NCBI GenBank assembly: GCA_028718945.1
Contig: JAQUKT010000004.1
Span: 1 to 56,305, forward strand
DNA: 56,305 bases
Origin: Actinomycetota bacterium
GTDB lineage: Bacteria; Actinomycetota; Geothermincolia; Fen-727; JAQUKT01
Reading direction: 5' to 3'
A model generated the notes under the pieces. The model was not told the origin of the DNA. It saw only the letters and a program-made list of their open reading frames with translations, and searched no databases. A program made the position numbers and the translations under genes. Below are positions 19,393 to 29,035 of the stretch, piece after piece; position 1 is the first letter of the stretch; each line of letters starts with the position of its first letter.

Positions 19393-19533
19393 TTTCCATA
19401 CCTCCAAAAAAATCTTCTCATCTGTTGCCTATGATAACTAATGTTAATATTGTTTTCAACTGTTAAGTGCTGCTCTATTTTGACAACTACCGTGTGGGCA
19501 TCCATCAAAAGTCTGCATACGAATACTTACGCG

Positions 19534-20262
19534 TTAGGTAGAAATATCCTTCCCTCTGCCTCTCAAGAATTTCAAAACGGAATCAGCGTTTCTGTTTACA
19601 ACAAACTCCTCATCTATCTCCGCCTCATCTATAAGACGAAGCGCCTCATCGAAAACGCCCACCAACTCCGCCTCGTGCGCATCACTACCAACAACAATCC
19701 TTGCCCCAACCTTCTTTATCTCCGAAAGTATCTTTCTGCAGTTTTTCTCGCTTCCCTTCCTGACAAAAGTGAATGACGCATTATTGATCTCAATCAGCAC
19801 TCCCTTCCGGTGAGCTGCTCTTACCACCTTCTCGTAGTCAACGGGAAAAAGAGGGTTACCAGGGTGAACGAGTACATCCGCAATCCCCTTCTCAATGACC
19901 CTGAGAATCGCAATTGTATTTTCCTCGACACTTTTTCCCTCATATCCACAACCGGGATGAAATCCGGCGCCAACAATGTCGAGGGTGGTCAAAATCTTTT
20001 CCGGCAAATCAAGTGAGCCATCCATGTCAATCACGTTACACTCGGCTCCTCGAAGAATTCGAACACCGGAAATCTCGCGAGGGAGCGCTATCAAATTGCT
20101 GAAATGATAGATGTGCGGTCCTCCAGGCATTGCCGGACCATGGTCTGTTATTCCCACCATCTCAAGCCCACGTGACGAAGCAATGTTGCAAATCTCTCTT
20201 GTGGTGGAATAACCATGTCCACTTGATATCGTATGTACATGAAGGTCTGCTCTTAGATTCAT
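19534..20262 (-). CDS. PHP-domain phosphatase (YcdX-like)
   Basis: DLHVHT..SGH, ITDHGP, HPGN, EINN, GSDAH. Confidence 0.9.
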   Translation of the reverse strand: MNLRADLHVHTISSGHGYSTTREICNIASSRGLEMVGITDHGPAMPGGPHIYHFSNLIALPREISGVRILRGAECNVIDMDGSLDLPEKILTTLDIVGAGFHPGCGYEGKSVEENTIAILRVIEKGIADVLVHPGNPLFPVDYEKVVRAAHRKGVLIEINNASFTFVRKGSEKNCRKILSEIKKVGARIVVGSDAHEAELVGVFDEALRLIDEAEIDEEFVVNRNADSVLKFLRGRGKDIST

Positions 20263-20275
20263 TGCTCACGATTTC

Positions 20276-21398
20276 TCAATGCGACTCGCCACTCTCGTTT
20301 CCTGCTTTTCTCCATCTCAATGCTTCTTCAATAAACTCTTCAATCTCGCCATCCATAACCGCCTGAACATTTCCCTTTTCGAGACCCGTCCTGTGGTCCT
20401 TGACAAGTTGATATGGCTGAAAAATGTAGGAGCGTATCTGGTTCCCCCAGGCAATGTCTTTTCTTTCACCTCGAAGTGTTTGTATCTCCTCCTCCTTCTT
20501 CTTTCTTTCGAGCTCGAAAAGTCGCGATTTCAATATTCTCATCGCAACTGTTTTGTTGCTTGTTTGAGAACGCTCATTCTGGCACTGGACTACCATGCCG
20601 GTTGGTAAATGCGTAACTCTTACCGCTGAATCTGTCACATTCACATGCTGACCGCCCGCGCCCGAAGAATGAAATGTATCAACTCTCAAATCCTTAGGGT
20701 CAATCTCAATTTCGATTTCCTCTCCAACCTCGGGTATGACATCAAGGGATACGAAAGACGTGTGTCGTCTTTTCGAAAAATCAAAGGGAGAGATTCTGAC
20801 AAGTCTATGAACTCCCTTCTCCACTGAGAGAAGCCCGTATGCATATTCGCCCTTGACCGTAAAAGTCGCACTCTTTACTCCGGCACCTTCACCGGGCTGT
20901 ACATCATTCAAATCAACCTCGAATTTTCTTTCCCCCGCCCATCGAAGGTACATCCTCAAAAGCATCGCCGCCCAGTCCTGAGATTCAAGGCCGCCAGCGC
21001 CTGGATGCAGTGAAACAATCGCGTTGCCCCTATCGAACTCACCCGTAAGAAGAGAGTTTCTCTCGATTTCATTTAGCTCTTGATCAAGTGATACAATCCC
21101 ATTTTCTATTTCTGGTTCAAAGGAGGGATCGTTCTCGCTCAATCCGAGCCTATTCATTTCTCCAAGCTCACTAATATGACTTGAAATCCGATCATAAAGG
21201 GAAACCTTGTCATCGAGCCTGGAAAGGCGAGACATCAATTTTCTTGCATTTTCCTGGTCTTCCCAGAAGTCAGGCGAACTTGATAGTTTTCGGAGTTTTT
21301 CGATCTCGGGGCGCGAGGATTCTACTTCAAAGATACTCACCCATTTTCTTTAGTCTTGAGAGTCGTTTTTCTATCTCGCTGCCAAAGTCAGTCACCAT
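20276..21398 (-). CDS. prfB: Peptide chain release factor 2 (programmed +1 frameshift after codon 23)
   Basis: SPF and GGQ motifs; upstream 23-codon ORF MVTDFGSEIEKRLSRLKKMGEYL ends CTT-TGA and joins the main frame by +1; RBS AGGTG. Confidence 0.95.
21326..21342 (-). other. prfB programmed ribosomal frameshift signal
   Basis: GGGTGAG TAT CTT TGA A: internal SD-like sequence, slippery CTT-T, in-frame UGA. Confidence 0.88.
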
Positions 21399-21448
21399 CA
21401 TCGATCACCTCAATCTGAACATAAGACATATAACGATCACCGACCCAA

Positions 21449-21611
21449 GTGCTCCATTCCATAAATACGGTTGCATTCGATCGCCGATCCATCCACAGAA
21501 GAGGGTTCCGCTCCCTCCGAGTACAACAGAAGTACGCGTCAGTAGCGCGCCTTGCGTTAGCGGCGCCTCGACGCTCTCTCTATACGACACCGTATCTATG
21601 GAACGGAACGC
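21449..21611. mobile_element. MITE-like element copy A (163 bp)
   Basis: Imperfect TIRs GTGCTCCATTCCATAAATACGG / CCGTATCTATGGAACGGAACGC; body closely similar to 40264-40424. Confidence 0.8.
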
Positions 21612-21752
21612 TAAGTCAGGTTACCACATGACATCGAGTAAAAGAATAGTTACGCAATAAGACCTTTAACAAAATGCGGGAGTTTCCTGAACCAAACCCG
21701 GTAATCGCATTGTTCATATCGTACTATTCAATAAATGGAGGGGCAAAAATGA

Positions 21753-21822
21753 AAATGTGTCATTGCAAGACCTGACCCCATGACTGACCCCATGACCCCA
21801 CAAGACCTGACCCCATGACCCC
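21753..21822. repeat. REP-like copy with tandem TGACCCCA stutter
   Basis: AAATGTGTCATTGCAAGACCTGACCCCA, with five TGACCCCA units in total, just past the secA stop. Confidence 0.85.
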
Positions 21823-21828
21823 AAAGGT

Positions 21829-24327
21829 TCAAGCCCCACAGCATTTCTTGTACTTCTTTCCGCTTCCGCACGGGCAGGGATCGTTTCTCCCAATTTTCTC
21901 GTGCCGCCGCTGTTGCGGAACTTCCTCCTCACCACCGGAACTCTCAACTACGCTCAATGGCATTCTTTCCCTTTCAACTTCAACGACCTGAGCATGGAAG
22001 ATGTACCTTGCAAATTCCGTCTTTATCGATTCTGTCATTGATTGAAACATGTCGAACGCCTCTGCCTGGTACTCAACAAGCGGGTCGTGTCCTGCCATGC
22101 CCCTCAAACCGATTCCTTCCTGAAGATAATCGAGCTCATAGAGATGCTCCCGCCATTTATTGTCGAGCACCTCGAGCATTACCCATCTCTCCAGTTCCCT
22201 CATCATTTGAGAACCAATCTGCTCTTCCCGCTCCTCATATACCCTCAAGGCATCTTCAACCAGCATATCCTTGAGTTCCTCCTGGCTCATTCCCTCAACA
22301 TCGAGGTCATCGAGCGAGATATTGGTTGGAAATACCTGAGAAATATATGTAAAAAGGCCGCTGAAGTCCCATTCCTCCGGAAAAACCTGCGGATTCGCAA
22401 AAATGTCAACAGCGCTCCCTATTGCCTCCTCGACCCATTCGAGAGCAAGCTGGTGGAACTCTTTCCCTTCAAGAAGGCGATTTCTCTCCCCGTAAACAAC
22501 CTCTCTCTGTTTATTCATCACATCGTCATACTTCAAGAGGTTCTTCCTTATCTCGAAGTTTTGAGCCTCAACCTGCTTCTGGGCTGATTCTATTGCTTTC
22601 GTAACCAACTTGTGTTCGATTGGAATGTCATCGGGAAAATTGAACCTGTCCATCAGGTTTGCTATTGCCTGGGGAGCAAACCTTCGCATCAGGTCATCCT
22701 CCAAAGAAAGATAGAACCTCGAAACACCCGGGTCGCCCTGACGCCCTGAACGACCTCTCAACTGGTTGTCAATTCTTCTCGCTTCGTGCCTTTCAGTCCC
22801 TATTACTTTAAGACCACCGAGTTCAACTACTCCTTCGCCAAGCTTTATGTCGGTTCCCCTTCCAGCCATGTTCGTAGCAATCGTAACCGTGTTCTTCTGC
22901 CCGGCTAAAGCGACTATCTGCGCCTCCCTTTCATGATGTTTGGCATTGAGAACCTGATGCGGTATGCCCTGCTTCTCGAGCATCTTGGAAAGCCTTTCTG
23001 ATTTTTCAATCGAAACAGTCCCCACGAGCACAGGTTGCCCTCTCTCGTAACAAGCGCATATATCGTCCGCCACAGCCTCGAATTTTATCTTTTCCGTTTT
23101 GTAAATCAGGTCCGGCAGGTCTTCTCTTATCATCGGCTCATTCGTAGGGATTACAACCGTATCGAGACCATACGTGAGCTTGAATTCATCAGCCTCCGTC
23201 GCAGCGGTTCCTGTCATTCCCGCTAACTTCTCATACATTCTGAAGTAGTTTTGGAATGTTATCGTCGCAAGAGTCTGGTTTTCTTCCCTTATTCTCACAT
23301 TTTCCTTCGCCTCTATTGCCTGATGGATACCATCCGAGTAACGACGACCCGTCATCAGTCTGCCTGTGAACTCGTCAACTATTATGACCTCGCCATTCTT
23401 TATGATGTATTCAACCTCGTTCTGAAATAGCTCCTTTGCCTTTATCGCGGCATCCAGATGATGAATGAGATTTGCGTAAACATTATCGTAGAGATTATCA
23501 ACTCCAAGAATCTCCTCGACCTTTTCAATCCCCTCCTCGGTAACCGCCACAGTTCTCGTCTTCTCATCAATCTCGTAGTCAACATCGCGCTTGAGTCTCT
23601 TGGCTACCTGAGAAAAGCGCCTGTACCACTTTACTGATTCAGTAGCAGCTCCACTTATGATTAACGGAGTTCGCGCCTCGTCAATGAGAATGCTGTCAAC
23701 CTCATCAACTATCGCATAGTAATGACCCCTCTGCACTTTCTCGTCCAGAGACATGACCATGTTGTCACGAAGATAGTCAAAGCCAAACTCGTTATTCGTT
23801 CCGTAAGTTACATCACAGGCATACTCCCTCTTCCTTTCGGCAGGTCCCATGTGAGCCTGGATAACTCCAACATCCATTTTCAGCGCGCGATAAATCTCAC
23901 CCATCCAGACGCTATCGCGTTTTGCCAGATAGTCGTTCACAGTGACAACGTGAACTCCCGCCTTTGACAGGTGATTGAGAAAAACCGGCAGAGTCGCAAC
24001 AAGCGTCTTTCCTTCGCCGGTCTTCATCTCCGCGATTTTTCCCCGGTGAAGAGCGATCCCTCCCATTATCTGAACGTCAAAGTGTCTCTCCCCGAGCTTT
24101 CTTTTTGCAACTTCACGAACAACAGCAAATGCCTCAGGGAGAAGTTCATCAAGGGACTCGCCGGCTTCATGCCTTGCTCTAAACTCATCAGTCATCGAAG
24201 AAAGGTCTTCATCGGAAAGTTTCTCAAACCGTGGTTCAAGTGAGTTTATGTAACCAACAGCCTCTTCGAGTTCCCTAATCTTCTGGTTCTCGCCAAAACG
24301 CAGCGCTTTCTGAACTGACTTCAGCAT
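21829..24327 (-). CDS. secA: Preprotein translocase subunit SecA
   Basis: [41 protein letters not shown]-terminal SEC-C motif. Confidence 0.98.
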   Translation of the reverse strand: MLKSVQKALRFGENQKIRELEEAVGYINSLEPRFEKLSDEDLSSMTDEFRARHEAGESLDELLPEAFAVVREVAKRKLGERHFDVQIMGGIALHRGKIAEMKTGEGKTLVATLPVFLNHLSKAGVHVVTVNDYLAKRDSVWMGEIYRALKMDVGVIQAHMGPAERKREYACDVTYGTNNEFGFDYLRDNMVMSLDEKVQRGHYYAIVDEVDSILIDEARTPLIISGAATESVKWYRRFSQVAKRLKRDVDYEIDEKTRTVAVTEEGIEKVEEILGVDNLYDNVYANLIHHLDAAIKAKELFQNEVEYIIKNGEVIIVDEFTGRLMTGRRYSDGIHQAIEAKENVRIREENQTLATITFQNYFRMYEKLAGMTGTAATEADEFKLTYGLDTVVIPTNEPMIREDLPDLIYKTEKIKFEAVADDICACYERGQPVLVGTVSIEKSERLSKMLEKQGIPHQVLNAKHHEREAQIVALAGQKNTVTIATNMAGRGTDIKLGEGVVELGGLKVIGTERHEARRIDNQLRGRSGRQGDPGVSRFYLSLEDDLMRRFAPQAIANLMDRFNFPDDIPIEHKLVTKAIESAQKQVEAQNFEIRKNLLKYDDVMNKQREVVYGERNRLLEGKEFHQLALEWVEEAIGSAVDIFANPQVFPEEWDFSGLFTYISQVFPTNISLDDLDVEGMSQEELKDMLVEDALRVYEEREEQIGSQMMRELERWVMLEVLDNKWREHLYELDYLQEGIGLRGMAGHDPLVEYQAEAFDMFQSMTESIKTEFARYIFHAQVVEVERERMPLSVVESSGGEEEVPQQRRHEKIGRNDPCPCGSGKKYKKCCGA

Positions 24328-25864
24328 CGAAACTCAAATCCTCACCAGATATTCTCGGCAACACCTTCGCGATTGCCCTCAATACCTTGCTATCGTACTT
24401 CACGCCTCTCTCGAGATTCATCTCGGTCAATGCTTCACTCTCGGACAAGGGCTCCTTGTCGTCGCTTCCAGTTATGAGATTCTCAAAATCCTCCGCTGCC
24501 TTCAAAATTCCGGAGCCAACACTAACAGCCCTGCTTTTTCGGGGATCAACGACTCTCTTCTCCAATCCGCCTCTTCCCCTCAGTATCTCCGAAGCAACTT
24601 TTAGGTAATCAACCTTTCCAAGAATATCTTCGCCACCCGAAACGACCTCTTCAACCCCAAGAAGACGGTCCTGCTCAGATACGTGTTCCTCTTCCCTCGC
24701 TATGACACCGATGTCATGAAGATACGCGGCGTATTCCACCTGCCTCGTATCCTCAGGGCCAAGTCCAAGTTCGCGCGCGACCGCTCCCGCAAGAGTTGCG
24801 AGCCGCTTGGAATGACCCGGGGGTATCTTCCCAATTTCCTCCGGAATAACGGAGAGCGTCTTTACCGTGCCCAAAAGATAGATATCAGCAGCAGCAATCC
24901 TGTTGTATGCATATCTTATTACCGCAAGCAAGGGCAGAACAAGAATAACGAACCAGTTTCCAATGCCAATAAACACAAGCCCCATAAGAACACCAAGAAA
25001 ACCAATGGCGATAAACGGAACCCAGTATTTCCTCAATACGCTTGAAAAATAGGCTCCGGCGGGATATTGACCTTCCTTTGAGAGCATATATGAAAGGCGA
25101 AGAACATGGGCAATGAACAGGAAGGCAGCGGCAATCGCTGACGCGATCAGAATCCCGGGCCAGTAATGTCCCTGTAGTTCGGGTTTTTCGGGAAGAACGT
25201 TCAAAAGAAGCCTGTATATCAGCACGAAAGCCCCAACAGCAGAATAATCAAATAACAATTCAAGAATTCTTTCCTTGCTGATTTCTTTATTTCGTTCCGT
25301 TACAAGAGTTACAAGCGAACCGATCAGGAAAATCCAAACGACCTCAACAGCAGGATCTTTGATGGGAAGTGCAACGAGTGCTCCTATGAGAGGGGCAAGA
25401 CCAAGGCTCAACCTCGCACCGTCCCTCAACTCTATGTCGAAGTTCGCGCAAACAGTAAAGAGAACCAGGAAAAAAACCGTGTTCGTGAAATCTATCTTGC
25501 TTACATTCGTAAAAACGATGCTCAATGCAAGAGTAACAAGAGAGGCAATTACCGCAGCAATAAAAACTTTATCCACGCCACCACCACGAACCCCCCGACG
25601 AGATGTAACGCGTTCCTTTCGCTCGTGGCGCTCTTCAGCAGGAGTCTCAACCAGTTCATCAGGCGCACCTTCTGATTCTAAATCCTCAGTCGCAGCCTCT
25701 ATTTCATGCTCTTTAGAACTCTCGCTCGAACTAAAGGATTCTGCTTCACGCCACTCTTCATGGAGAAACGATTCCTGACTACTCTTTCTTCTTTTCTTTC
25801 TTCTCCGCCCTGTCTTCTTTCGTAAACTGGCGGACTCTTTTTCTTCGAATTCTTCTGGTTCCAA
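24275..25864 (-). CDS. Membrane protein with degenerate HD-GYP domain
   Basis: Multi-TM region paralogous to the upstream gene; GHS..HDIG retained, HHE/GYP/AVAD motifs lost; start uncertain. Confidence 0.75.
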   Translation of the reverse strand: MEPEEFEEKESASLRKKTGRRRKKRRKSSQESFLHEEWREAESFSSSESSKEHEIEAATEDLESEGAPDELVETPAEERHERKERVTSRRGVRGGGVDKVFIAAVIASLVTLALSIVFTNVSKIDFTNTVFFLVLFTVCANFDIELRDGARLSLGLAPLIGALVALPIKDPAVEVVWIFLIGSLVTLVTERNKEISKERILELLFDYSAVGAFVLIYRLLLNVLPEKPELQGHYWPGILIASAIAAAFLFIAHVLRLSYMLSKEGQYPAGAYFSSVLRKYWVPFIAIGFLGVLMGLVFIGIGNWFVILVLPLLAVIRYAYNRIAAADIYLLGTVKTLSVIPEEIGKIPPGHSKRLATLAGAVARELGLGPEDTRQVEYAAYLHDIGVIAREEEHVSEQDRLLGVEEVVSGGEDILGKVDYLKVASEILRGRGGLEKRVVDPRKSRAVSVGSGILKAAEDFENLITGSDDKEPLSESEALTEMNLERGVKYDSKVLRAIAKVLPRISGEDLSFDAEVSSESAAFWREPED

Positions 25865-27392
25865 CTTCCGTCCGCTCCCATCCCTCTATATCCTTTTCTA
25901 TTCCACTCTTTAGCTCCTCATAATGCTCGATACCGCTCACATCTCCGGTTTCTTTCTCTTCGTTGGCAGTCTCCTTTTCCTTGAGAGCCTCCTCGAGCGT
26001 TGGCTGTTCTTCCACAGTAACAGGCTCTTCTTTGACATAAGACTCAGGAACCTTCAGGGGGTCCTGTCGAGCCCCCTCCCATATTCCTTTCCTCACAACA
26101 ATATTTACGAACGCATCCACTACTTCGGGATCAAACTGGATGCCCTTCGCCCTTATTATCTCAGACACCGCACCATAAGCATCAAGCGGTTCCCTTCTCG
26201 GGCTCGGTCTTTGCATTGCATCAAACGCGTCGGCAACCGCGAGAATCCTGGAGCCCATTGGTATCGCATCACCAGCAAGCCCATCAACGTACCCACTTCC
26301 ATCAGTCATCTCGTGGTGATGCAGAACAGCCGGCGCAACAGGCTCTATGGATGATTCTTTCGAAAGTATTTCTCCCGCAATAAGAGGATGTTTCTTGATC
26401 TCCTCCCATTCCTCGGGGCCAAGCATTTCTGCTTTTGCAAAAATCTGAGGGTTCAATGGTAGTTTCCCAATATCATGCAGAAGCGCTGCCCTCCTCATGA
26501 AGTGAATGTCCTCATCGTTCAAGCCCAATTCCTCGGCAATCTCGACCGACATTTCCGCAACCGCTACCGAGTGCCCCTTGCTGAACAAGGAACGTTCCTC
26601 AATAGCTTCCACGACAGCAAGACTGGTTTCATCACAAACATCACGCATTGCCTCATATCTCGTATATACAACTCTCATCCCAAGAAGTGGAGCAAAAAGC
26701 AATACGAGCGCAGGAACTTCGAGCCTCACATAAAGTATCGCCGACAGGAAACCTATAACTGAATAGACGAAGTATGAGAGCAGTTTCGGAAGCATCTTCT
26801 TTAACCAGAAGCGGTAAAGACTCTCGCTCTTACGTGCGAGCAACGGCGTGACAAGGCAGGTATTTACGGCGAAAAAAACTATAGTTGCAAGCAGCCATGG
26901 AAATACGAGACCTCCGGCGTTCTTCAATCCCGGATTTAAGACTTCACCTCCGGTGTGGCTGAAGACCCATGCCGCCAGACCAGCACTGAGGAAGTACTGA
27001 CAGGTATTGAACGCAACTCTCCTTACCCCGCTCTCCTCGCGCTCCATCCAGAAAACGGGTATCCCGAATAGCGAAATGAGAGAAGCAACAAGCGGTCCAG
27101 AAGTCATCATCGCAACCACAACTGGAATCATTGCAAGAGAAAGTCTCCCGCCTCCTTTGAGCGGAAGCGCAAAAAGTTCAGAGGCAAGGAAAAAAAGCCC
27201 CATCAATAGAAGTACCCACCAGTTCTCTTTCTGGTAAGTCAATATGAGTAAGACGAGCACTCCGAGTGAGGCAATGAAAGCCACAGCCATTGTATTGTCG
27301 CGACGCTCACCATCACCAAGGAAACCCGACGTGCCTTTTTTTTCTTTCTTTCCAAACAATTCCTCGTCAAATTCGAGTTTCTTTCCTACCAC
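25779..27392 (-). CDS. Membrane-bound HD-GYP domain protein (putative c-di-GMP phosphodiesterase)
   Basis: Multi-TM N-terminus; GHS, LHDIGK, HP, HHHE.TDGSGYV, RILAVADAFDAM. Confidence 0.88.
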   Translation of the reverse strand: MVGKKLEFDEELFGKKEKKGTSGFLGDGERRDNTMAVAFIASLGVLVLLILTYQKENWWVLLLMGLFFLASELFALPLKGGGRLSLAMIPVVVAMMTSGPLVASLISLFGIPVFWMEREESGVRRVAFNTCQYFLSAGLAAWVFSHTGGEVLNPGLKNAGGLVFPWLLATIVFFAVNTCLVTPLLARKSESLYRFWLKKMLPKLLSYFVYSVIGFLSAILYVRLEVPALVLLFAPLLGMRVVYTRYEAMRDVCDETSLAVVEAIEERSLFSKGHSVAVAEMSVEIAEELGLNDEDIHFMRRAALLHDIGKLPLNPQIFAKAEMLGPEEWEEIKKHPLIAGEILSKESSIEPVAPAVLHHHEMTDGSGYVDGLAGDAIPMGSRILAVADAFDAMQRPSPRREPLDAYGAVSEIIRAKGIQFDPEVVDAFVNIVVRKGIWEGARQDPLKVPESYVKEEPVTVEEQPTLEEALKEKETANEEKETGDVSGIEHYEELKSGIEKDIEGWERTEVGTRRIRRKRVRQFTKEDRAEKKEKKKE

Positions 27393-27480
27393 CTTATGCC
27401 AGCCCCTCCCATGAGCAATAACTCAGCGAGATACTTCAATACTTTCTTGATGGTCACAATTGTATTTGCCATGTTGATCT

Positions 27481-28023
27481 CTATCTATTTGTTTCTATTA
27501 TTCCATGACCCTCGTCCGAGCGGCGATAAGCGATGCAAACGCGGTCAGTCAGGGCATTCAGAAAAACAAAGAAATCATGCCCAAGCATATCCATCTGCAA
27601 AACTGCCTCTTCCGGGTCCATTGGTTTCAACTGTACTTTCTTGTTTCGAATAATCTGCGAACTGTCTATTTTCTCACCTGGCTCCGCAAGAACATATTTT
27701 GCCGTCTTGCTGCCAGAGTGAGTTCTGACAATCTGCTTTTCGTGAAACTTTTTTATCTGGCGCAGCATCTTGTTGGTCGCCTTGTCAATAGCCGCGTACA
27801 TATCATAATCGCGCTCAGCAGCCCTCAGAATAGCCCCGTCCCCGGAAAGCGTAAGATCTACCTTCTGATTTTTCTTGATGCTCGGGTTTTTCTCAACCGC
27901 AAGCCTTACCTCAAGCTCTATAAAGTCAAGTCCAAGTTTTCCTATCTTTGAAACTTTCTCTTCAGTGTAATTCCTCAGCGCCTCGGTTACCTCTAAATTC
28001 TTGCCCTTCACAATGGTTTCCAT
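27481..28023 (-). CDS. hpf: Ribosome hibernation promoting factor (long HPF/RaiA)
   Basis: GKNLEVTEALRNY..EK, DMYAAID, C-terminal LKPMDPEEAVLQMDMLGHDFFVF. Confidence 0.95.
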   Translation of the reverse strand: METIVKGKNLEVTEALRNYTEEKVSKIGKLGLDFIELEVRLAVEKNPSIKKNQKVDLTLSGDGAILRAAERDYDMYAAIDKATNKMLRQIKKFHEKQIVRTHSGSKTAKYVLAEPGEKIDSSQIIRNKKVQLKPMDPEEAVLQMDMLGHDFFVFLNALTDRVCIAYRRSDEGHGIIETNR

Positions 28024-28273
28024 CAGCACCACCCCTCAAAACATACTTCTTGAAGGAACCCTTACCTAACTTGGAAAGTTAGATCTCACACACGCAAATA
28101 CCTTTAGCCCGCATAGTTTTGAACTTACATATCCAACAAGAAACCTCAAAATTTGCCACACAATAGCACGCATCACTTTTTTTTAGACTATCACAGGGCT
28201 CTTCAGGTGTCCACAAAGGAAATCGTGTCATTATCTTCTTAGGAATTGTTACAAATCTGAAAGGGAATAATAA

Positions 28274-28485
28274 GGCGGGTTCCGCTGACCTGGTCTTTGC
28301 CCCCACACTCGCCTGCTGAGGTTTTGCAGGCTTGCCAATTTACAAACCCACGCCACCTTCTCTCCCTTTGAAAGAAGGCAGGACTAACACCTAAGCCGCA
28401 CCATGCTCAGCAACCATTAGTTGCCTTACGTGGGTCGCTTTGCCTGCGGCTGGCATCGACTTTCAACCACAGACCGAAACCCGCC
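28274..28485 (-). ncRNA. raiA-motif RNA (about 212 nt)
   Basis: Minus strand has the raiA-motif blocks as I recall them: GGUCUGUGGUUGAAAGUCGAUGCCAG.CGCAGGCAAA.CGA.CCACGUAAG, GAGCAUGGUGCGGCUUAG, GUCCUGCC, CAGCAGGCGAGUGUGGGG.CAAAGACCAGGUCA; closing stem GGCGGGUU/AACCCGCC; upstream of hpf/raiA. Confidence 0.92.
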
Positions 28486-28510
28486 TACAAAAATATTTTT
28501 AGCCCCTGCC

Positions 28511-28538
28511 ATGTAGCTGACAATATGTAGCTGACAAT
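28511..28538. repeat. Exact 14-bp tandem duplication
   Basis: ATGTAGCTGACAAT twice, between the flgM-like stop and the raiA RNA 5' end. Confidence 0.9.
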
Positions 28539-28542
28539 AGTT

Positions 28543-28812
28543 TCAATCTAATTTGTCCGATATGACTCGCCCGATTATCTTTTTAGCAACCTCGTCACTG
28601 CTCACATCGTAGCTCGAAGACTCAATTGCTTTCTTTACTTTCTCTACTCTATCCTTCCTTACCACAGGAGTATCACCTATTGTTTTCACAACCTCCTTGA
28701 CCGATTCGAGATCTTTCGAGTTTTCCTTTTTTTTGGTCTCGGTCCTTCCAGCATTCTTTTTCTTTTTCAGTGAATCGAGCGTGTTTTGTATTTCCCTGTC
28801 GGACAACTGCAT
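28543..28812 (-). CDS. flgM: FlgM-like anti-sigma-28 factor
   Basis: 89 aa; C-terminal VRKDRVEKVKKAIESSSYDVSSDEVAKKII matches the FlgM R..RV..(I/L)K.AI..G.Y.V...IA..(I/L) pattern; follows comF as in Bacillota. Confidence 0.75.
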   Translation of the reverse strand: MQLSDREIQNTLDSLKKKKNAGRTETKKKENSKDLESVKEVVKTIGDTPVVRKDRVEKVKKAIESSSYDVSSDEVAKKIIGRVISDKLD

Positions 28813-28852
28813 ATCCACCCGCCCTTTCAATCGCAACTCGACCTCAAGAAAA

Positions 28853-28880
28853 GTATCGGTAGTTGAAATTCTCAACTGAA
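28853..28880 (-). promoter_or_regulatory. sigma28 (FliA/WhiG)-like promoter with palindromic spacer
   Basis: TTCA-N16-ACCGATAC about 40 nt upstream of the flgM ATG; spacer contains AGTTGA-N5-TCAACT. Confidence 0.5.
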
Positions 28881-29035
28881 ATAACCATGAAACCGAAGTT
28901 AGATTCCAAAACGCCTTTCGTTTATGAAAAACGCAATATTTATATGAATTTATCATTCTTGCGGGTGATGAACAAGCAGAAATTTCCCATATTTCTTTTT
29001 AGAATCGGCCAGAATAGTGATTTTGAAATTTCTAC

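Noticed and set aside
21405-21590. Short ORFs over MITE copies (also 40215-40607, 48397-48744, 51832-52086)
   Set aside because: Their shared peptides (YLRDGALS, YLWNGALG) come from the repeat itself; no independent evidence of coding.
21753-21822. Possible CRISPR array
   Set aside because: Units are 8-15 bp with no unique spacers, and there are no cas genes.
25779-25864. Frameshift fusion of the two HD-GYP genes
   Set aside because: No slippery motif is evident, and a TTG with upstream GGAG can start the second gene; ordinary overlap is simpler.
29002-29027. Second sigma28-like promoter (TTCA-N14-GCCGATTC, minus strand)
   Set aside because: The spacer is shorter than the 15-17 nt expected.
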